From an uncultured Ruficoccus sp. (GTDB taxonomy: Bacteria > Verrucomicrobiota > Verrucomicrobiia > Opitutales > Cerasicoccaceae): a stretch of DNA of 64,000 bases. This document shows positions 59,792 to 64,000 of this stretch, in pieces. Positions within the stretch are counted from its first letter, which is position 1. Every line of letters begins with the position of its first letter. The stretch lies in NCBI GenBank assembly GCA_965140785.1, contig OZ223505.1, forward strand, positions 1 to 64,000, read 5' to 3'. The notes beneath the pieces are model-generated. The model saw nothing but the letters and a program-made list of their open reading frames with translations, was not told where the DNA came from and searched no databases. Position numbers and translations under genes: made by a program.

Positions 59792-62014
59792 CTATCCCTG
59801 CGGCGGTTCGCCTTCGTAGCGCAGGATAAAGGTGGTGTGGCCGGGCAGGTCCATCTTGAGCGAGTGGTCGCGGCCGTCCCAGGCGGTTTCGTCGCTCATG
59901 AGGCCGCCGCCGAGCCCGGCACCGGTTCCGCCGTAGAGGTCGGAGTTGGTGTTGATCAGCTCGCGCCAGTAGCCGGGGAAGGGCACGCCGACGCGGTGCC
60001 CCTGGCGGGTCACGGGGGTGAAGTTGCCGATTACGGCGAAGGTCTCCTCCGGGGTGTCGCCCATGCGCAGGAAGGTCAGGACACAGTTTTCCGAGTCGCC
60101 GCCGTTGATCCACTGGAAGCCGACTGGGTCGTTGTCGTAGCGGGCGATCGAGGGATGGTTGCGGTAGAAATGGTTGAGGTCGCGCACGAGGCGCTGGATG
60201 CCTTCGTGGTCCATGTACTGGAGCAGGTGCCAGTCGAGGCTGCTGTCGTAGCGCCATTCCGAGCTCTGCCCGAATTCCGAGCCCATGAAGAGGATATTCT
60301 TGCCCGGCCAGCCCCACATCCAGGCGTAGAGCGAGCGCAGGTCCTGGGCTTTCTTCGACATCTCATAGCCGGCGCCCATCTTCGTGATCATGGAGCCCTT
60401 GCCGTGGACGACTTCGTCGTGCGAGAAGACCTGCATGAAGTGTTCGGAGTACTGGTAGAGCATTCCGAAGGTCATGTCGTTGTGGTGCCAGCGGCGGTAC
60501 ACGGGCTCTTTCTCAAAGTACTGGAGCGTGTCGTGCATCCAGCCCATGTTCCACTTGTAGTCGAAGCCCAGGCCGCAGTCCGAGGTGGGCTTGGTCACGC
60601 CGCCGAAGGAGGTGGACTCCTCCGCCACCATGAGCGCGCCCGGGTAGTACTCATGCACGAGGTCGTTGGCCTGGCGCAGAAATTCGATCGCCTCGATATT
60701 TTCGCGGCCGCCGTACTGGTTGGGGATCCACTCGCCCTCCTCGCGGGAGTAGTCCAGGTAGAGCATGGAGGCGACAGCGTCCACGCGCAGCCCGTCGATG
60801 TGGTAGCGGTCCATCCAGGAGAGGGCGCTGGCGATGAGGAAATTGCGCACCTCGTGGCGTCCGTAGTTGAAGATGAGCGTGCCCCAGTCCATGTGCTGGC
60901 CCTGGCGGGGGTCGGCGTGCTCGTACAGGCAGGTGCCGTCGAACTCGGCCAGTGCGAAGGTATCCCGCGGGAAGTGGGCCGGGACCCAGTCGATGATCAC
61001 CCCGATACCGGCGCGGTGGAGCGAGTCCACCAGGAACATGAAGTCCTGCGGCGTGCCGAAGCGGTGGGTGGGCGCGAAAAAGCCGGTTACCTGATACCCC
61101 CACGAGCCCGAGAAGGGGTGCTCGCTGAGCGGGAGGAACTCCACGTGGGTGAAGCCCATCTCCTTGACGTAGGCGGTCAGTTCGGTCGCCATCTCGCGGT
61201 AGGTGAGCGGGCGGGCGCCGTCCTCCACCACGCGTTTCCAGGAGCCGAGGTGGATCTCGTAAACGCTGATCGGACTCTCCAGGTGGTTGGTTTCCGGGCG
61301 CTGCTCCATCCACTCGGCGTCGCCCCATTCATAGTCGTCGATTTCCCAGACGATGGCGGCGTTGTGCGGCGGGGCCTCGTAGCTGATGGCGTACGGGTCG
61401 GTCTTGAGGTGCAGGTAGCCGTCCCCGCCGACGATCTCGTACTTGTACTTGGCGCCGGCTTCGAGACCGGGGATGAAAAGCTCCCACACGCCGGAGGCAC
61501 CCAGCGTGCGCATGGGGTGGTAGCGACCGTCCCAGTTGTTAAAGTCGCCCACCACGGACACGCGCTTGGCCGAGGGGGCCCAGACGGCGAAGCTCACGCC
61601 CTGCACGCCGTCGTAGTGCTGCACGTGCGCGCCGAGCTTATCGTAAATGCGGTGGTGGTTGCCCTGATTGAAGAGGTACAGGTCGTCCTCGGAGAGGGTG
61701 GGCAGGAAACAGTAGGGGTCCCAGAACTGGCGGATCTCGCCGTTGTAGCGCTGGGTGCGCAGCCGGTAGTTAAAAGGTTTCGAGCGCTTGGGGATGACGC
61801 CCTCGTAAAAGCCGCTCTTGTCGAGCTGGGTCAGCGGCCAGCGCTCGTCTGTGTCCACATCGACGACTTCGCACGTCTCCGCGTCGGAGAGGAAAGCTCG
61901 TGCGACCAGTCCCTGTTTGCCTTTCTGCTTGGTCGGGTGGAGCCCGAGAATATCGTGGGGGTGCGAATGCCGGGCCTTCAGCAGCAGATCAAGGTCGCTT
62001 TCAGGGATAATCAT
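59792..62014 (-). CDS. glgB: 1,4-alpha-glucan branching enzyme
   Basis: FAVWAP, YEIHLGSW, SWGYQ, DWVPAHFP, GLRVDAVASM, AEEST and SHDEVVHGK. Start set at ATG 62014. Confidence 0.97.
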   Translation of the reverse strand: MIIPESDLDLLLKARHSHPHDILGLHPTKQKGKQGLVARAFLSDAETCEVVDVDTDERWPLTQLDKSGFYEGVIPKRSKPFNYRLRTQRYNGEIRQFWDPYCFLPTLSEDDLYLFNQGNHHRIYDKLGAHVQHYDGVQGVSFAVWAPSAKRVSVVGDFNNWDGRYHPMRTLGASGVWELFIPGLEAGAKYKYEIVGGDGYLHLKTDPYAISYEAPPHNAAIVWEIDDYEWGDAEWMEQRPETNHLESPISVYEIHLGSWKRVVEDGARPLTYREMATELTAYVKEMGFTHVEFLPLSEHPFSGSWGYQVTGFFAPTHRFGTPQDFMFLVDSLHRAGIGVIIDWVPAHFPRDTFALAEFDGTCLYEHADPRQGQHMDWGTLIFNYGRHEVRNFLIASALSWMDRYHIDGLRVDAVASMLYLDYSREEGEWIPNQYGGRENIEAIEFLRQANDLVHEYYPGALMVAEESTSFGGVTKPTSDCGLGFDYKWNMGWMHDTLQYFEKEPVYRRWHHNDMTFGMLYQYSEHFMQVFSHDEVVHGKGSMITKMGAGYEMSKKAQDLRSLYAWMWGWPGKNILFMGSEFGQSSEWRYDSSLDWHLLQYMDHEGIQRLVRDLNHFYRNHPSIARYDNDPVGFQWINGGDSENCVLTFLRMGDTPEETFAVIGNFTPVTRQGHRVGVPFPGYWRELINTNSDLYGGTGAGLGGGLMSDETAWDGRDHSLKMDLPGHTTFILRYEGEPPQG

Positions 62015-62149
62015 GTCTCCGAAACGTAAGCGTGTGGGTTTATGATGACAAGTGCGAACACTTCTTCTTTGGCCCGAAAGCGCGCAAAAAAAGCCCTTCG
62101 GCGGGTTTTTCCGCTTCACAGCGGCGCCCCGGCCCGCCATCGTGACGGA

Positions 62150-62854
62150 GTGAACGCCGACGTGGAGAAACTTCTCACCCTACAAGAGCGGGAAGCCCGC
62201 AAACTCGCGCTCGAGACGCAGCTGCTCCAGATTCCCCGCGAGGTGGACAAGGCGAAGGCGAAAATCGCCGAGGAGCAGGCCGCTATCGAGGCCGCCAACC
62301 AGGCCCTCAAGGAGCTGGAGGTCAAACGGGTCGATCTGGACAAACAGGTGCAAACCCTGGAGGGCCAGGTCGTCAAGTACAAGACCCAGCAGATGGAGGT
62401 CAAAAAGAACGACGAGTACACGGCGCTCACCCACCAGATCGAAACCCTTCAAGGCCAGATCGGCACCTGCGAGGAGGAGGAGATCGAACTCATGCTCCAG
62501 CTCGACGAGGAGACGAAATCCGCCGCCGCCTCCGAGGCTGACCACAAGGAGCAGATCCGGCTTTTTGAAAAAGAGATCGAGCGCCTGGCCAAGCAGATGG
62601 AGGCCGTCAAGGGCGAGATCGGGGAGGCCGTCGCCGCCGCCGAGTCCGCCGCTGCCGACGTCCCGGCCAACTGGCTCGATGCCTACCGCCGCGTCCACCA
62701 GCGCCACCCCCGCGCCCCCTGGGCCGTCCCCCTGCGCGACCAGCACTGCGGCGGCTGTTTCCTGAAAGTCTCCGGCGAGGTCGAGGGAACCGTCCTCACC
62801 GACAAGGAACCCGCCCACTGCGACAGTTGCGGCCGCGTGCTCTACCGGGAGTAG
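62150..62854 (+). CDS. Coiled-coil protein with C4-type zinc ribbon (HP0958/CT398-like)
   Basis: Long coiled coil followed by CGGC...CDSCGR; GTG start assumed. Confidence 0.88.
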   Translation: MNADVEKLLTLQEREARKLALETQLLQIPREVDKAKAKIAEEQAAIEAANQALKELEVKRVDLDKQVQTLEGQVVKYKTQQMEVKKNDEYTALTHQIETLQGQIGTCEEEEIELMLQLDEETKSAAASEADHKEQIRLFEKEIERLAKQMEAVKGEIGEAVAAAESAAADVPANWLDAYRRVHQRHPRAPWAVPLRDQHCGGCFLKVSGEVEGTVLTDKEPAHCDSCGRVLYRE

Positions 62855-62909
62855 TCTTTCCTCGGGTGTTTCGCCAATTCCGCCCCTCAATTACCCGCCC
62901 CATCTCGCT

Positions 62910-63494
62910 ATGACAAAAAAACACCCTGCTGGTCTCTGTGCGATTCTCGTAACGACCCTGCTCCTCTTGATGGGATGCGATCGAGACCCCAAGCCCACCG
63001 TTACCCACGAGGATCTGGTGGAACTCTCGGGCTACCGGGCCCTTGTCTTGCAGGTGCCGCGTGCGACGCAGGGCAAATGGTTGTATTACAAAAAAGAACG
63101 CTCCAACGGGCATGTTGACTATTGGTCAGCGTTCGAGGTACCCGATGGGGCCACAGAAATAAGATTACTGGTCAATCCCTTTGAGCGGACCTTGCACTAT
63201 GCCCAAGGGGTAGGCTACCCGGACAGCAGGATTGTATTGGGGGGCTATACTCCGCCCGGCCAGGAAAGTCCCTTCGCTTATCCCGAGTACACAGAGTTCG
63301 CCTGTCCGGGGGGCACCATGAAGTTAAGCGACTTTTATTTCGTCTACAGCGACGAATGGGCGGGGCGTGACCTTGCTCTTGGGCAAGCGATTTTTCCTGA
63401 AGATGACGAGCGCAGCAAAGCCAGATGGATGCTTATCACGCTCATCCCCGAGTCGGAACTGCCCAAGGGCTGGCTTGGACATAATCAGGATTAA
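62910..63494 (+). CDS. Hypothetical lipoprotein
   Basis: Lipobox LMGC; less biased codon usage than neighbours. Confidence 0.65.
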   Translation: MTKKHPAGLCAILVTTLLLLMGCDRDPKPTVTHEDLVELSGYRALVLQVPRATQGKWLYYKKERSNGHVDYWSAFEVPDGATEIRLLVNPFERTLHYAQGVGYPDSRIVLGGYTPPGQESPFAYPEYTEFACPGGTMKLSDFYFVYSDEWAGRDLALGQAIFPEDDERSKARWMLITLIPESELPKGWLGHNQD

Positions 63495-63504
63495 GGAGAT
63501 CCTG

Positions 63505-63867
63505 ATGGAGAAAACAATCCGAGGCCATCCCTTCAACCTGATCGTCGATCCGCTCAGAACCATGACCGGGCGGATTTTTTCCTACCTGGTCACCGTCGGG
63601 GCGGGAATGCTATGCGGCCTCGGATTGTTCACGCTCTACACTGAGGATAAGTTCCACCTGTGGCAGGCCGGAGTTTTTATATTCCCGGCCACGGTGGTTT
63701 CCGGTCTGGTGCAGGGGTGGGGAGTGCTCAGTTACCTGTTTTTGGCGGGCTTCGCCTTCTGGTTTACGCTGGTGGATATACGCTTTCGCTGGCTACTGGC
63801 GGTGTTCGCCGTGTCGGCAGGCGAGGCTTACCGCTCGCAGGCCAGTTGGTACGCCGGCCTTTATTGA
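63505..63867 (+). CDS. Small hypothetical membrane protein
   Basis: AAGGAG before ATG 63505 (alternative start 63562); 3-4 TM segments. Confidence 0.55.
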   Translation: MEKTIRGHPFNLIVDPLRTMTGRIFSYLVTVGAGMLCGLGLFTLYTEDKFHLWQAGVFIFPATVVSGLVQGWGVLSYLFLAGFAFWFTLVDIRFRWLLAVFAVSAGEAYRSQASWYAGLY

Positions 63868-64000
63868 GCCGGGCAGCACATCATCCCGGTGAAGGAAGGC
63901 GATTGGTGTTTGTTCTCGGGAACAAATGACGGCGTGGGTTGATCCATGACGGAAGTCCCCAACCTTTCACCCTCTCTCACCATGCCCGCCTACACCGAGC

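Noticed and set aside
63982..64000. ORF start MPAYTE at the window edge
   Set aside because: Only six codons are visible, so it cannot be assigned.

Overview
A 64 kb GC-rich bacterial chromosomal segment. Three PEP-CTERM proteins, a prepilin/H-X9-DG-type protein and the overall gene repertoire suggest Verrucomicrobiota, probably Opitutia (inference). Most of it is housekeeping or envelope genes: hpnC, a DevBCA-type exporter, rnpB, rpsT, a pilMNOPQ-like operon, an RND/TolC pump plus glutamate decarboxylase, MoxR-DUF58-transglutaminase, cydAB, an ATP-grasp/alpha-E pair, ilvB, YmdB, a sigma-54 activator, sodA, oligopeptidase A, mutL, glgP, pyrC and glgB. I saw no CRISPR array, tRNA, rRNA, integrase or transposase. 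The most striking unexplained signal is a family of intergenic elements. Six have inverted arms built from 8-9 nt periodic repeats (TTAACCGCAAAG...CTTTGCGGTTAA) around unrelated 28-192 nt inserts. One analogous octamer-armed element and one orphan heptamer tract also occur. Several sit inside operons. Other leads are a densely structured ~300-400 nt non-coding region behind an unlisted 31-aa bS22/mS38-like ORF and a CxxC/polyproline leader-like gene heading a Met/His-containing PEP-CTERM operon. There are also a catalytically degenerate RluA-like protein, a MutL with an eroded endonuclease motif, a substrate-binding-domain-TolC fusion next to gad, a 165 bp MITE and a direct-repeat-flanked AT-rich islet. 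All family assignments come from motif recognition by eye; no searches were run.
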